Source of the DNA: Micrococcales bacterium
GTDB taxonomy: Bacteria; Actinomycetota; Actinomycetes; Actinomycetales; Microbacteriaceae
Reading direction: 5' to 3'
Assembly: GCA_046063415.1 (NCBI GenBank)
Contig: JBJTMG010000088.1
Span: 2,608 to 66,607 of the forward strand
Length of the DNA: 64,000 bases
The notes under the pieces are model-generated. The model saw only the letters and a list, made by a program, of their open reading frames with translations. It was not told where the DNA came from and ran no database searches. Each line of letters opens with the position of its first letter. Positions within the stretch are counted from its first letter, which is position 1. Below, piece by piece: positions 9,073 through 19,564 of this stretch. Both the position numbers and the translations under genes were made by a program.

Positions 9073-12000
9073 TAGTTTGAGCCAATCTTTTGACCGACAA
9101 CGGCAGAAATACCGTCTTGGCGCATCGAGACTCCGTAGAGCGCGTCAGCGATTTCCATGGTGCGCTTTTGGTGCGTAATGATGATGAGCTGAGAGTTGGT
9201 TCGGAGGTCTTGGAAAATCTGAAGCAGGCGACCAAGGTTGGCGTCGTCAAGGGCTGCTTCGACCTCGTCCATGACATAGAAGGGCGAGGGTCTGGCCTTG
9301 AATATCGCAATCAACAGGGCAACCGCGGCCAATGATCGCTCGCCTCCTGACAGGAGAGACAAGCGTTCAATTTTCTTGCCCGCCGGTTTGACGGTTACTT
9401 CGATGCCAGTGGTCAGCAAGTTCTCTGGGTCAGTTAGGTAGATAGCGCCACTTCCGCCAGGGAAAAGCACAGGAAATACCTGCTCAAAAGCCTTGCGGGT
9501 GTCCTCGAATGCCTCCGCAAAAATGCTCTGCATCTTGGAATCCAATTCCTCGATGATCTGAATCAAGTCCTTGCGCGTCTGGGTGAGGTCTGCCAGCTGC
9601 TCTGTCAAGAATTTATGGCGTTGCTCGAGGGCTGCGAACTCCTCCAAGGCCAACGGATTCACGCGCCCGAGGCGCTCCAATAGCCTTTCGGCCTCGCGAA
9701 GTCGCTTCACTTGCTCTTCAACCACAAACGGCTTAAAGCCACCTTCAACACTTTCGTCAGGTACCTGCTGGTCCGGGCCGAACTCTGCAATCAAAACCTG
9801 CTGTTCCAAGCCGAGTTCATCGTAGGCCTTGCTTGTCAGATTTGCTAGATTCAACCGCTTTTCGTGATTGGAAAGCTCTATGTCGTGAACACTCTGGGTA
9901 AGAGTGGCCAGCTTCATTTGGATCTCAGCGGTTTCGCCCCGGAGACGAACCAATTCGGAGTTTTGATTTGCCCGCTGGGACTCGAGAGTGTGAAGCTGAA
10001 GCTTGGCCTGGCTGGAACTGTCTGCCAGCTTCTCCATGACGATTGGAAGTACATTCAGCACTCGCTTCGCCGCAGCCAAACTGCTTTCACGCGCAAGCTG
10101 GGCAGCAATTTCCCGCTCATTGGCCAGTTTGGCCTCTATTACCTGTTTTTTTAGAAGTGCGACGCGCTCGCGTTCAACGCGCAGGCGCTCATTTGCAGCA
10201 CCCAACTCGATGCGAATGTCCAGTTCCGCTTGACGTTGCACTTCCAAGGATTCGGACAGCCCGACTCGATTACCCAAATCTAGTTCCGGTCTTGGTTGCG
10301 CGGCAAAGGCGTCATGTACCGCAATCGCACTCTGTAGGTTTGATTCGGCCTCGGAAATCTGAACCTGAGTCGCCTGAGCGACTGCACTAAGGCGGTTTAA
10401 CTCGCCCGCCAACGCTTCCACCTGAACGCGCGTGCGACCCAACTTCTCTGCATTTGATGCCAGGTTGGCATCGTGCTCTTTTAGCTTTGCAAGTGCCACC
10501 TTTGAGGTCTCAATGGCAGCCTGGTTTGTCGCACGCAACTCAGCGAGTTGAGCATTCAAAGATTCAAGTTCTTTGGATACCTTGGCCAGACTGCCCTCGG
10601 TAACTTCTCGGTCTGCTACCAGCTCCACCTTGGATGGCTTCTTGCCTGAGCCGCCGCGCAGGACAGAAGACGACAGGACATCGCCATCTCTGGTGATTAC
10701 CGTAACTAAGCCAGCATCAATTTTTGAATAAAGAGCTCGCGCTGCAGCCAGATCATCGACGATTGCCACGTTCTCGAGCAATTTCAGAATTCCTGCCGGC
10801 CCGCTCACAACGGAAATCGCCGAAACCGCTCCCGAAACATCTGGGATGCCGCTTTTAGCTGATGTCCCCTCAACGTCGGCAATCACCAACTCGACTCTGC
10901 CGCCATCCTGGGACTTTAGAAGGCCGAGCGCATCGATGCCAGCCTCTCTGGATTCGGCTACTAGAGCGTCGGCCAAGGTGCCTAGGGCCGCCGCAACCGC
11001 TGTTTCAAAGCCGATTTCAATTTTTAGGTGAGTGGCAACAAGACCACGAATTCCTCGTAGCCCAGAGGAAGCGAGAATCGAGGCACCGTCTTTTTGCTCG
11101 AGGGTGAGATTCAGAGCCGACCGCCGAGAGGATAGCGAGTCTCGTTCACGCTCAGCTTGGTGAATTTGGTCACGAATTGACTCAATGTTTGCCTGAGACT
11201 CGGTGACTGCTTTTTGAGCGGCTTCATACTCCATTTCGAAACCGGAGGAATCGCCTTGGCTTTGGATACCACGCTCCAAGATCTCGTACTCAGCCACCGC
11301 CAGCTGGTGCCGGGTTTGAGCCTGACTTAGAGCGTCTTGGTGACGAAGCAGCTCGGCTCTGAGAGATGCCAATTTGGATTCAGCAACTGCGGCTTCGTTG
11401 GCCAGTTTGGATAACTCAAGATCGAATTTGGAAATCAGCGAGTTCTGTTCGGCAACTTGGTTGTCAAAGGCTTCAAGCGCATCACGTGCAGCGTTTCTGG
11501 CGGTTTCCGCGAGTTCAAGTTTGTGCCTTAACTCGACTACTAGAGATTCAAGATTTTCGGCCTCGCGCTGGGCGTTTGATGCTTCGGCCTCCAGCAACTC
11601 GACGTTGGAAAGCGAACCGGATTCAGTGCTTTGACTCGATAACAGAGCCACCTTCTGAGTGGCAATTGAGAGCAAAGAGCGCAGTCTCTCGGCTATTGAA
11701 TCGAATCGAAATGCCAAATTTCGGGCACGGTCAACATCGTCCGAAACCTGAGCCGCCTCCAATTCGGTTAGGCGTATATGATTCTCGCCAAGCATTGACT
11801 GCAGAATGTTGCGTTCTGCCCGGCGGTCGTTCTCTGTCTTTGCCGTTTCTTCAACGGCCTTTAGAAGTTCAACAATTTCGGCAGCGATGAGTCGTGATTT
11901 GGCATCCCGTAAAACAGAAGCAATTCCCTGCGCTTGCCGTGCGGTCTCCGCCTGTTGACCCAGAGGCTTCAGCTGGCGCCGAACTTCGCCAGCAAGATCA

Positions 12001-12575
12001 TTTAGACGCGTTAGATTAACCTGCATCGCCTCGAGTTTGCGCTCGGTTTTTTCCTTCCGGCGCCTATGTTTCAGGATGCCGGCCGCCTCTTCAATGAAAC
12101 CCCGGCGCTCTTCTGGGGTCGCCTTAAGGACGCTATCCAGCTGACCCTGACCCACAATCACGTGCATTTCTCTGCCCAGACCCGAGTCACTCAGAAGTTC
12201 CTGGACATCGAGTAGGCGGCAGCCTTCACCGTTAATCGCATACTCTGAACCGCCGTTGCGGAACAAGGTTCTGCTAATCGTTACCTCTGCGTAGTCGATT
12301 GGCAAAGCCCCATCGGTGTTGTCAATTGTCAGCAACACCTCAGCTCGGCCTAGCGGACCCTTGGTACTCGTACCCGCAAAAATGACGTCTTCCATTTTTC
12401 CGCCGCGAAGGGTCTTAGCCCCCTGCTCGCCCATTACCCAAGCGAGTGCGTCAACCACATTTGACTTTCCCGAGCCGTTCGGACCAACCACACAGGTCAC
12501 ACCTGGCTCAAAAGCAAAAGTGGTTGGCTGAGCAAAGGACTTAAAACCCTTTAGGGTCAGACTCTTCAGATACAA
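9072..12575 (-). CDS. smc: Chromosome partition protein Smc
   Basis: 1167 aa. It has the N-terminal Walker A GPNGSGKSNVVDA, long coiled coils, a hinge, the C-terminal LSGGERSLAAVALL signature and a Walker B YVMDEVEAALD. Confidence 0.95.
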   Translation of the reverse strand: MYLKSLTLKGFKSFAQPTTFAFEPGVTCVVGPNGSGKSNVVDALAWVMGEQGAKTLRGGKMEDVIFAGTSTKGPLGRAEVLLTIDNTDGALPIDYAEVTISRTLFRNGGSEYAINGEGCRLLDVQELLSDSGLGREMHVIVGQGQLDSVLKATPEERRGFIEEAAGILKHRRRKEKTERKLEAMQVNLTRLNDLAGEVRRQLKPLGQQAETARQAQGIASVLRDAKSRLIAAEIVELLKAVEETAKTENDRRAERNILQSMLGENHIRLTELEAAQVSDDVDRARNLAFRFDSIAERLRSLLSIATQKVALLSSQSTESGSLSNVELLEAEASNAQREAENLESLVVELRHKLELAETARNAARDALEAFDNQVAEQNSLISKFDLELSKLANEAAVAESKLASLRAELLRHQDALSQAQTRHQLAVAEYEILERGIQSQGDSSGFEMEYEAAQKAVTESQANIESIRDQIHQAERERDSLSSRRSALNLTLEQKDGASILASSGLRGIRGLVATHLKIEIGFETAVAAALGTLADALVAESREAGIDALGLLKSQDGGRVELVIADVEGTSAKSGIPDVSGAVSAISVVSGPAGILKLLENVAIVDDLAAARALYSKIDAGLVTVITRDGDVLSSSVLRGGSGKKPSKVELVADREVTEGSLAKVSKELESLNAQLAELRATNQAAIETSKVALAKLKEHDANLASNAEKLGRTRVQVEALAGELNRLSAVAQATQVQISEAESNLQSAIAVHDAFAAQPRPELDLGNRVGLSESLEVQRQAELDIRIELGAANERLRVERERVALLKKQVIEAKLANEREIAAQLARESSLAAAKRVLNVLPIVMEKLADSSSQAKLQLHTLESQRANQNSELVRLRGETAEIQMKLATLTQSVHDIELSNHEKRLNLANLTSKAYDELGLEQQVLIAEFGPDQQVPDESVEGGFKPFVVEEQVKRLREAERLLERLGRVNPLALEEFAALEQRHKFLTEQLADLTQTRKDLIQIIEELDSKMQSIFAEAFEDTRKAFEQVFPVLFPGGSGAIYLTDPENLLTTGIEVTVKPAGKKIERLSLLSGGERSLAAVALLIAIFKARPSPFYVMDEVEAALDDANLGRLLQIFQDLRTNSQLIIITHQKRTMEIADALYGVSMRQDGISAVVGQKIGSN

Positions 12576-12635
12576 AGTCGCCCCTTCTTTGGATTTTGTG
12601 ACAGAAAACGAGTCGCGTTTACGCGCTTAAATACC

Positions 12636-13571
12636 CTATCGCTTGCGCTGACACCGCGGACAGAAATGGGAACCACGGTTGGCCCAGTTCTCTCTAATAA
12701 TTTCGGCACCGCAACGGTTACACGCGGTGCCGGCTCGTCCGTAGGCGTTCAAGGAGATCTCAAAATAGCCAGACTCGCCGTTCACATTTTTGTACTGTTC
12801 GTCGAAGCTGGTTCCCCCAACTTCCACCGCGCGCGCCAGAATCTCGCGAATATGCTGCAGCAGTTCCTTGGCTTTGACCAGAGAAATCGAGTTTGCTGGT
12901 TGGTCGTAATGCAACTTGGCTCTCCAGAGTGATTCGTCGGCGTATATGTTTCCGACTCCACTCATAAGGTTCTGGTCAAGAATGGCTCGCTTGATTCCAG
13001 TATTTTTGCTACAGAGTTTCCTAAGGACCTCAGCCTCTGGAAAGTTTGGGTCGAGTGGGTCTCGGGCGATGTGGGCTGCAGTTGCGGGAACCAGGTTTTG
13101 CCACCAGCTTCCGGACTGGTCATTGCCCGAGAAACCCCCGGCGTGACCATCGTTGGTTTCAACAAGCTGATCGATAGCAAGCGACCCAAAAATACGTTGA
13201 TCTACAAACCTGAACTCAATATTTCTCCCCGATGAATCGGTGACCTCGATCACGATTCGAGTCAACTTATCCGCGCTAAAGTCTGGAGTCCGAAGGAGCA
13301 TCTGCCCTGACATTCCAAGGTGCCCCACAAGGGCTAAACGATCCTGCTCTGGCTTGCCTGACTCCAGTTGCAGAGGCATCCACAAAAATTTTCCCCGGCG
13401 AACAACGTCAAGTATCCGACTCCTGGTTAATGTCCTCACAAAGTCTTGAGGACCCGCTAGGTGACGTTTGAGGCTTCTTTGGTCGAGGATACGCACGCCA
13501 GACACGGTGGCGTTGGTGAGGACCGGCTCCAGTCCGGCCCTAACAGTTTCAACTTCGGGCAGTTCGGGCAT
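12636..13571 (-). CDS. mutM: Formamidopyrimidine-DNA glycosylase / Nei-family glycosylase
   Basis: 311 aa with the MPELPEVETVR N-terminus and a C-terminal zinc finger CNRCG...CPRCQ. Confidence 0.85.
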   Translation of the reverse strand: MPELPEVETVRAGLEPVLTNATVSGVRILDQRSLKRHLAGPQDFVRTLTRSRILDVVRRGKFLWMPLQLESGKPEQDRLALVGHLGMSGQMLLRTPDFSADKLTRIVIEVTDSSGRNIEFRFVDQRIFGSLAIDQLVETNDGHAGGFSGNDQSGSWWQNLVPATAAHIARDPLDPNFPEAEVLRKLCSKNTGIKRAILDQNLMSGVGNIYADESLWRAKLHYDQPANSISLVKAKELLQHIREILARAVEVGGTSFDEQYKNVNGESGYFEISLNAYGRAGTACNRCGAEIIRENWANRGSHFCPRCQRKR

Positions 13572-13573
13572 TA

Positions 13574-14257
13574 TTAGGAATTCTCAATCAGTTCGAGTGC
13601 CCGAATAGCCGCCTCTGTTTCTGCAGCTTTTTTGGTTTTTCCTGTAGCTGAGCTGACCATTTTGTCGGCCAGGTAGAGACGCGCCGAGAAAATCCTGTCG
13701 TGATCCGGCCCTTCGAAACTTATCTGGTAGCTGACTGACCCAAGCTTCTTTGCCTGAGCTACCTCTAGAAGTCGAGTTTTAGGGTCTGAGGCCTGCCGCA
13801 ATGCGTCGGGGTCTGACAAAAGGGGGAAGATGAACCTCTCGACTAGAGACGCTGCTACCGGCAAACCTTTTGAGACCAGGACAGCTCCCAAGATTGCCTC
13901 AACAGCGTCTGCTAAGAGGCTGGCCTTGTCTCTTCCGCCGGTTTGCTCTTCACCTTTGCCAAGGCGAAGAAACTGACCTAACTCGAGCTGTCTGGCAACG
14001 TGGGCTAGGGCCTTTTCGGAAACCACAGAGTTTTTAAGCTTTGTGAGTTCGCCTTCCGAGAGATCGGTGTGAGTGTGAAAAATGTGCTCGGTAACGACAA
14101 AACCCAACACCGAATCACCTAGAAACTCGAGGCGTTCGTTGTTGGGTATGCCCCCATTCTCGTATGCAAACGAGCGATGGGTAAGAGCTTGCTCTAAAAG
14201 CTGTGGTTCAACCCTGATGCCCAGTTTTTCACCGAGCAGATCAAGGTTCATGACCAA
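13574..14257 (-). CDS. rnc: Ribonuclease III
   Basis: 227 aa with the NERLEFLGDSVLG signature and a C-terminal dsRBD (..TGKTKKAAETEAA). Confidence 0.95.
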   Translation of the reverse strand: MVMNLDLLGEKLGIRVEPQLLEQALTHRSFAYENGGIPNNERLEFLGDSVLGFVVTEHIFHTHTDLSEGELTKLKNSVVSEKALAHVARQLELGQFLRLGKGEEQTGGRDKASLLADAVEAILGAVLVSKGLPVAASLVERFIFPLLSDPDALRQASDPKTRLLEVAQAKKLGSVSYQISFEGPDHDRIFSARLYLADKMVSSATGKTKKAAETEAAIRALELIENS

Positions 14258-14269
14258 ACTTAGAGTTGC

Positions 14270-14473
14270 TTAGGCGTCAGCGACCTTGCGGCCCTTGTAC
14301 TCCATGAACAGGGCGTTACCTGCGGAGTCCTCTACCAACTTGGCGCGGTGAGGAAGGCTGTAAACGGTCTTGCCGTTCTCAATGGTCTTGACCAGAGTCA
14401 ATGGCGCGGCCTTCCAAGCGGAACGGCGAGCGCGGGTGTTCGAACGAGATAGGCGTCTCTTTGGTACTGGCAT
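14270..14473 (-). CDS. rpmF: 50S ribosomal protein L32
   Basis: 67 aa. MPVPKRRLSRSNTRARRS is the L32 N-terminus. Confidence 0.9.
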   Translation of the reverse strand: MPVPKRRLSRSNTRARRSAWKAAPLTLVKTIENGKTVYSLPHRAKLVEDSAGNALFMEYKGRKVADA

Positions 14474-14475
14474 GG

Positions 14476-14991
14476 TTACTCTTCCTTGCTCTGAAGCTTT
14501 TGCAGTTCCGCCCAGCGAGAATCAATCGGCTGGTCGTGAACGTGATTTGGGTCTTTGGCCATCTTTACTCCGCACTCCGGGCACAGTCCTAAACAGTTAG
14601 GTCTGCATACGGGTTGGAAGGGGAGGCTCAAAACTACAGCGTCTCGGACTACTTGCTCAAGGTCGACTTGATCGTCTTGAACCAAGAAATCTTCTTCTTG
14701 TGTTCCAGAATAGGCGAAAAGCTCTTGAAAATCCACCTCAACCGCCAGTTTTAGTTCATCTAGGCATCGACTGCACTCGGTTTGCGCGGTAGCAAAGGCC
14801 ACGCCGGTAACCAGAATCCCCTCGTGCACAGATTCCAACCGCGTGTCGAGCTCCAAAGTCTCACCCACTCGAACCGCGGCAATGGCGTTTCCAAAATCCT
14901 CTCCAAGCACCACATCAAAATTGTGTTCGCGCATGCCTCCGGGTTTGCGGATTAGGTCATGAACTTGGATCTTGAATGAGTTGGAGCTCAC
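14476..14991 (-). CDS. YceD/DUF177-family protein
   Basis: 171 aa, immediately upstream of rpmF (conserved pairing), with C-terminal CxxxCxGLCPxCG-type cysteines (CRPNCLGLCPECG). Confidence 0.8.
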   Translation of the reverse strand: MSSNSFKIQVHDLIRKPGGMREHNFDVVLGEDFGNAIAAVRVGETLELDTRLESVHEGILVTGVAFATAQTECSRCLDELKLAVEVDFQELFAYSGTQEEDFLVQDDQVDLEQVVRDAVVLSLPFQPVCRPNCLGLCPECGVKMAKDPNHVHDQPIDSRWAELQKLQSKEE

Positions 14992-15497
14992 TTGTTTGAT
15001 GCCTTTCGAGTCTCTGCCAGTAGCGCCCGTTCCACCGGCTCTGTTACGTACTTGTCTACCTTGCCGCCAAGTTCTGCAACCTGTCGGACCAGTGAACTTG
15101 AGATGTGCCCGAACGCTGGATTGGCTGGCACGAAAACTGTCTCGACGCCAGCCAGGTCTCTGTTGACCTGTGCCATGGGCAGCTCGTAATCGAGATCGAC
15201 ATTGGTCCTAACTCCCTTTACCAAGGCAGTTGCCGAAATCATGCGACAGTAATCAACTAAAAGCCCACCGTCTAGTGTGTCAACCACGATTTTTGAACCC
15301 TTTGGTATCTCAAGTTCAGAGAGACTGGCCCTGAGTAGTTCGACACGTTGTTCGCTGCTAAATCTAGGATTCTTGGCAGGATTATGCACCACGACAACGT
15401 GTAGTTCCTGAAACAGCTTGGCTGCCCGCAGGGCAATATCCAAGTGTCCCCGAGTAACGGGGTCGAACGAACCCGGATAAACGGCAATTGAAGGCAT
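14988..15497 (-). CDS. coaD: Phosphopantetheine adenylyltransferase
   Basis: 169 aa. AVYPGSFDPVTRGHLDI is the (H/T)xGH nucleotidyltransferase motif. There is a 4-nt overlap with the downstream gene. Confidence 0.95.
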   Translation of the reverse strand: MPSIAVYPGSFDPVTRGHLDIALRAAKLFQELHVVVVHNPAKNPRFSSEQRVELLRASLSELEIPKGSKIVVDTLDGGLLVDYCRMISATALVKGVRTNVDLDYELPMAQVNRDLAGVETVFVPANPAFGHISSSLVRQVAELGGKVDKYVTEPVERALLAETRKASNK

Positions 15498-15514
15498 GAG
15501 ACTAGGTTAGCCCA

Positions 15515-17674
15515 CTAGCCCTTGGCTAAGTTGGCTTGAGTTTGTTGGTCCAGCCGCTCCAGGACAAGTGCGAGAGTCTCATGAGCTTGCAGCGTTGGAT
15601 CTTGCGCGTAAATGCTCATTACCTCTTGGCGCATGTCTTGAATTAGCTTTGAATCTTGTATCACCCTGAGCAGCTTGAGCGAAGACCGCCCACCAGATTG
15701 AGTAGCACCGAGCACGTCGCCTTCGCGACGCTGCTCTAGGTCGATTTGGCTCAACTCAAATCCATCGATGGTTGAGGCAACCGCCCGAACCCGTTCCAAA
15801 GCCAGTGAGCCTTCTTCGGCATTTGTGAGAAGGAGGCAGAGTCCAGCGTGGTCACCACGCCCGACTCGACCTCTGAGCTGGTGAAGCTGCGAGATTCCGA
15901 ACCGATCTGCGTCGACGATCACCATGACAGTAGCGTTGGGAACATTCACGCCCACCTCGATAACGGTGGTGGCAACGAGAACATCAATTTGGCGGCTTTG
16001 AAACTGACCCATTATCTGGTCTTTTTCTTCGCTCGACATTCTTCCGTGTAGCAAGCCAATACGAAGACCCGAAAGAGCCGGATTTCTCTGCAGAGCCGCT
16101 ACCATTCCAACGGCCGAAGCAATGGGTGGGCGTTTTACCTGCTGGTCTGGAAGCTCATCGAGGTTTCCACCAGCTTCAATGAGTTCGGGCGCGGTGTCAT
16201 CCTCGTCGATTCTTGGGCACACCACAAAAGCTTGGCGACCTGCAGCAACTTCCTCGGCGATTCGCGACCAGGTTCTGGCCACCAGAGCTGTCTGGCTCAA
16301 CTGAACCACGTGACTCGAGATGCCCTGTCGGCCACCCGGTAACTCGGTGAGTGTAGAGATTTCCAGATCGCCAAAAACCGTTACTGCCAAGGTTCTGGGT
16401 ATGGGTGTCGCTGTCATCGTTAGCACGTGTGGGGCAAGCTTGCCCTTGAGCCGAAGTGCCTCGCGCTGGTCCACACCAAATCGGTGCTGCTCGTCAACCA
16501 CGATCATTCCGAGGTCAAAAAACTCAACCTTCTGAGATATAAGTGCGTGAGTACCCACGACTAGATGGGCTTTTCCACTCACCAGCTGCAACATGGCTCG
16601 TTTGCGCTCAGCTTGTCCCATTTGACCTGTCAAAAGGGTCAAACCAACCCGAGCGGCAAGTTCAGGTCCTAGAGCGTCTTGGATTGACCTGAAATGCTGA
16701 GATGCCAACACCTCGGTGGGGGCCAAAAGTGCGGACTGTCCCCCGCTATCGGCAACCGTAAGCATCGCTCTCAGCGCTACAACGGTTTTTCCAGACCCCA
16801 CCTCACCCTGCAACAAACGATTCATAGGGTGCTCCGCTTCAAGATCGCGCGCTATTTCATAGGAGACTTGTTGCTGCCCAGCGGTGAGCGCAAACGGCAA
16901 ACCCGCGTCAAACTCTTTGAGGAAACCATCGATGGCTGCGTGGCGAGGCGTCGCTCGCTGGTGCGCGTTCTCAAACTTTCGTCGGATCAGAGTCGCCTGA
17001 AGAATGAATGCCTCATGGGCCTTGAGCGTCGACCGAGCTAGCTGCCACTGGCTGTTATCCGCCGGAGCGTGAATCTGCCTGAATGCTTCAGTTAGGGGTA
17101 GCAAACCTCGAGCCTGGATGATCTCTTCTGGAAGCTCGTCGGGAATGTGGTCCAGTGTGTCAAGGATTACGCCCATAGCGCGCTGGATTGCCCAGGTGGT
17201 AACAGCGCTCGCCGCCGGATAGATGGGAATCGGGATCTCGGCCCACCGTTTGGCATCGACATCGTCCAACTCTTCAGAGAAGAGCTCGTATTCGGGGTGA
17301 GAAAGCTGCAATTTGCCCTGAAACGAGCCAATCTTTCCGGCGAATAGTCCCCTGGCTCCAGGTCTTAGATCTTTTTGTCTCCAGGCCTGATTGAAGAAAG
17401 TGAGTGTCATTTGGCCGTCACCGTCGGTGATTCTCACCTCAAGAATCGACTTTCCGTTAGCTCGCCTTTCACGTGTGTCAACTATCTGGGCGACAACCGT
17501 TACGGACTCACCAATGGGTATCTGTGAGATTGGCGTTAGTTCGCCTCTGGTGTAATAACGTCTTGGAAAATGTTGCAGTAGATCCGCAACCGTTTTTAGC
17601 CCGAGATGCTTGGCGAAAGCTTTAGCGGTTCGGTCGCCAAGTACCCGATCGAGCGGGGTAAGAGGCAACAACAT
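15515..17674 (-). CDS. recG: ATP-dependent DNA helicase RecG
   Basis: 719 aa with an N-terminal wedge/OB region, Walker A GEVGSGKTVVA, DEQHRFGV (DEQH box) and the QLHQLRGRVGRG motif VI. Confidence 0.95.
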   Translation of the reverse strand: MLLPLTPLDRVLGDRTAKAFAKHLGLKTVADLLQHFPRRYYTRGELTPISQIPIGESVTVVAQIVDTRERRANGKSILEVRITDGDGQMTLTFFNQAWRQKDLRPGARGLFAGKIGSFQGKLQLSHPEYELFSEELDDVDAKRWAEIPIPIYPAASAVTTWAIQRAMGVILDTLDHIPDELPEEIIQARGLLPLTEAFRQIHAPADNSQWQLARSTLKAHEAFILQATLIRRKFENAHQRATPRHAAIDGFLKEFDAGLPFALTAGQQQVSYEIARDLEAEHPMNRLLQGEVGSGKTVVALRAMLTVADSGGQSALLAPTEVLASQHFRSIQDALGPELAARVGLTLLTGQMGQAERKRAMLQLVSGKAHLVVGTHALISQKVEFFDLGMIVVDEQHRFGVDQREALRLKGKLAPHVLTMTATPIPRTLAVTVFGDLEISTLTELPGGRQGISSHVVQLSQTALVARTWSRIAEEVAAGRQAFVVCPRIDEDDTAPELIEAGGNLDELPDQQVKRPPIASAVGMVAALQRNPALSGLRIGLLHGRMSSEEKDQIMGQFQSRQIDVLVATTVIEVGVNVPNATVMVIVDADRFGISQLHQLRGRVGRGDHAGLCLLLTNAEEGSLALERVRAVASTIDGFELSQIDLEQRREGDVLGATQSGGRSSLKLLRVIQDSKLIQDMRQEVMSIYAQDPTLQAHETLALVLERLDQQTQANLAKG

Positions 17675-17712
17675 GACTCAATCTTGCCTCAGGGTCTAGG
17701 CTTTTCAGGGTT

Positions 17713-18282
17713 ATGACAAGAATCATTGGCGGAATCGCCGGCTCGAGAAAATTGGTTTCGCCAGCCAAATCCACAAGACCAACCAGCGATCGAATTCGCG
17801 AGAGTATTTTTAATCGACTCGAGTCTAGAGATCTTGTTTCGGACGCAGAAGTTCTAGACCTGTACGCAGGTACCGGCGCGCTTGCCCTAGAAGCGCTGAG
17901 CCGCGGTGCTAAAAATGCGGTACTTGTGGAGAATAATCGACAAGCCGCTGCAGTTTGCGAGCAGAACAGCAAACTTGTGGTCAAAGCTCTAGATTCGGAG
18001 CGGGTTTTTGTTCAGTTTCGAGTATTCATCCAACCAGTCAAGAATTTCCTTGCGAGCGATGGTAAAACCTACGATTTGGTATTTATAGATCCACCGTACG
18101 AGGTTACAAACGAGGAAATCACCCAGAACCTAGAAGCTCTTGTCTCGCACCTGAAGCCGGCGGCCACAGTAGTTGTAGAGCGTTCTAGCCGAAGCGGAGA
18201 ACCCGAGATTCCAAGCGCCTACGAGCTAGCCGAAACTAAGGGTTACGGCGACACCAATGTCTTCTGGCTGAATGTTAGATAA
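17713..18282 (+). CDS. rsmD: 16S rRNA (guanine966-N2)-methyltransferase RsmD
   Basis: 189 aa. MTRIIGGIAGSRKL..PTSDRIRESIFN.., the SAM motif LDLYAGTGALALEALSRGA and the DPPY motif (FIDPPYEV). Confidence 0.9.
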   Translation: MTRIIGGIAGSRKLVSPAKSTRPTSDRIRESIFNRLESRDLVSDAEVLDLYAGTGALALEALSRGAKNAVLVENNRQAAAVCEQNSKLVVKALDSERVFVQFRVFIQPVKNFLASDGKTYDLVFIDPPYEVTNEEITQNLEALVSHLKPAATVVVERSSRSGEPEIPSAYELAETKGYGDTNVFWLNVR

Positions 18283-18287
18283 CCGCC

Positions 18288-19562
18288 CTACAGATTTCGC
18301 AGCGGGCTTCCCACGTACACCTGCTGTGGGCGACCGATCTTGGTGGTAGGGTCCGAAATCATCTCGCGCCAGTGAGCAATCCATCCTGGAATTCGACCCA
18401 TGGCGAAAAGGGCCGTGAACATTCTTGGCGGGAAGCCCATTGCCTTGTAAATGACGCCGGTGTAGAAGTCAACGTTTGGGTATAGCTTGCGCTCCACGAA
18501 GTAGCTGTCTGCGAGCGCTGCAGCCTCGAGCTGCTTGGCGATGTCCAGAAGTGGGTCATTCACACCGAGCTCAGCCAAAACCTGATCGGCAATTTCCTTT
18601 ACGATGCGAGCGCGCGGGTCAAAACTCTTGTAAACCCTGTGCCCAAAGCCCATGAGACGAATACCGTCTTCTTTGTTTTTTACCCGCTCAACATAGCGCT
18701 CAACGGACTCGCCACTCTGGTGGATAAAGTTGAGCATGTCCAGAACTGCCTCGTTTGCGCCACCGTGAAGTGGTCCAGAGAGGGCGTTGATACCTGCCGA
18801 GACCGAGGCGAAAAGATTAGCCTGACTCGAACCAACTAAGCGAACAGTTGAGGTTGAACAGTTCTGCTCATGGTCGGCGTGGAGGACAAGAAGGGTGTCT
18901 AGCGCTTTGGTGATGACTGGATTCTGAACGTACTCTTCGGCCATGTTGCCAAAGTTAAGTCTCAAGAAGTTTTCAACATAGCTAAGAGAGTTATCTGGAT
19001 AAAGTAACGCTTGCCCCAGGCTCTTCTTGTGCGTGTAAGCCGTTAGCACGGGTAATTTTGCCAGCAACCGAATGGTTGAAAGTTCAACCTGGGCGTGGTC
19101 GTGAGGATTCAAAGAATCTTGGTAAAAAGTTGAAAGAGCAGAAACACCAGATGTCAGGACTGACATGGGGTGAGCGTTCTGGGGGAAAGCGTCAAAGAAG
19201 CTCTTGAGATCCTCGTGAAGAAGAGTGTGACGGCGGAGTTTGTTGTCGAAAATAGCAAGCGTCTCAGCATCTGGGAGGTCGCCGTAAATAAGCAAATACG
19301 CAACTTCGAGGAAGCTCTTCTTGCCAGCCAACTGCTCGATTGGGTACCCGCGGTAACGCAAGATTCCTTGCTCACCGTTGATAAAAGTAATGGCCGACTT
19401 GGTCGAAGCAGTGTTGACAAATCCGTTGTCATAGGCGGTCAAACCAGTGCTGGACAAAAGCTTTGAAACATCAACTGCCGAGGGTCCGTCAACGCTCTGC
19501 AGAACGGGAAACTCGGCGGTGGTATCACCGTACGTAATGGCAACTTTGTCGGTTGAAGTCAA
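18288..19562 (-). CDS. gltA: Citrate synthase
   Basis: 424 aa. HADHEQNCSTSTVRL, GPLHGGANE and GFGHRVYK are citrate synthase signatures. Confidence 0.95.
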   Translation of the reverse strand: MTSTDKVAITYGDTTAEFPVLQSVDGPSAVDVSKLLSSTGLTAYDNGFVNTASTKSAITFINGEQGILRYRGYPIEQLAGKKSFLEVAYLLIYGDLPDAETLAIFDNKLRRHTLLHEDLKSFFDAFPQNAHPMSVLTSGVSALSTFYQDSLNPHDHAQVELSTIRLLAKLPVLTAYTHKKSLGQALLYPDNSLSYVENFLRLNFGNMAEEYVQNPVITKALDTLLVLHADHEQNCSTSTVRLVGSSQANLFASVSAGINALSGPLHGGANEAVLDMLNFIHQSGESVERYVERVKNKEDGIRLMGFGHRVYKSFDPRARIVKEIADQVLAELGVNDPLLDIAKQLEAAALADSYFVERKLYPNVDFYTGVIYKAMGFPPRMFTALFAMGRIPGWIAHWREMISDPTTKIGRPQQVYVGSPLRNL

Positions 19563-19564
19563 CG

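Noticed and set aside
17622-17984. 120-aa minus-strand ORF spanning the recG/rsmD divergent region
   Set aside because: It is antisense to the well-supported rsmD gene. It is S/R/A/L-rich and motif-less, and it would overlap the recG N-terminus.
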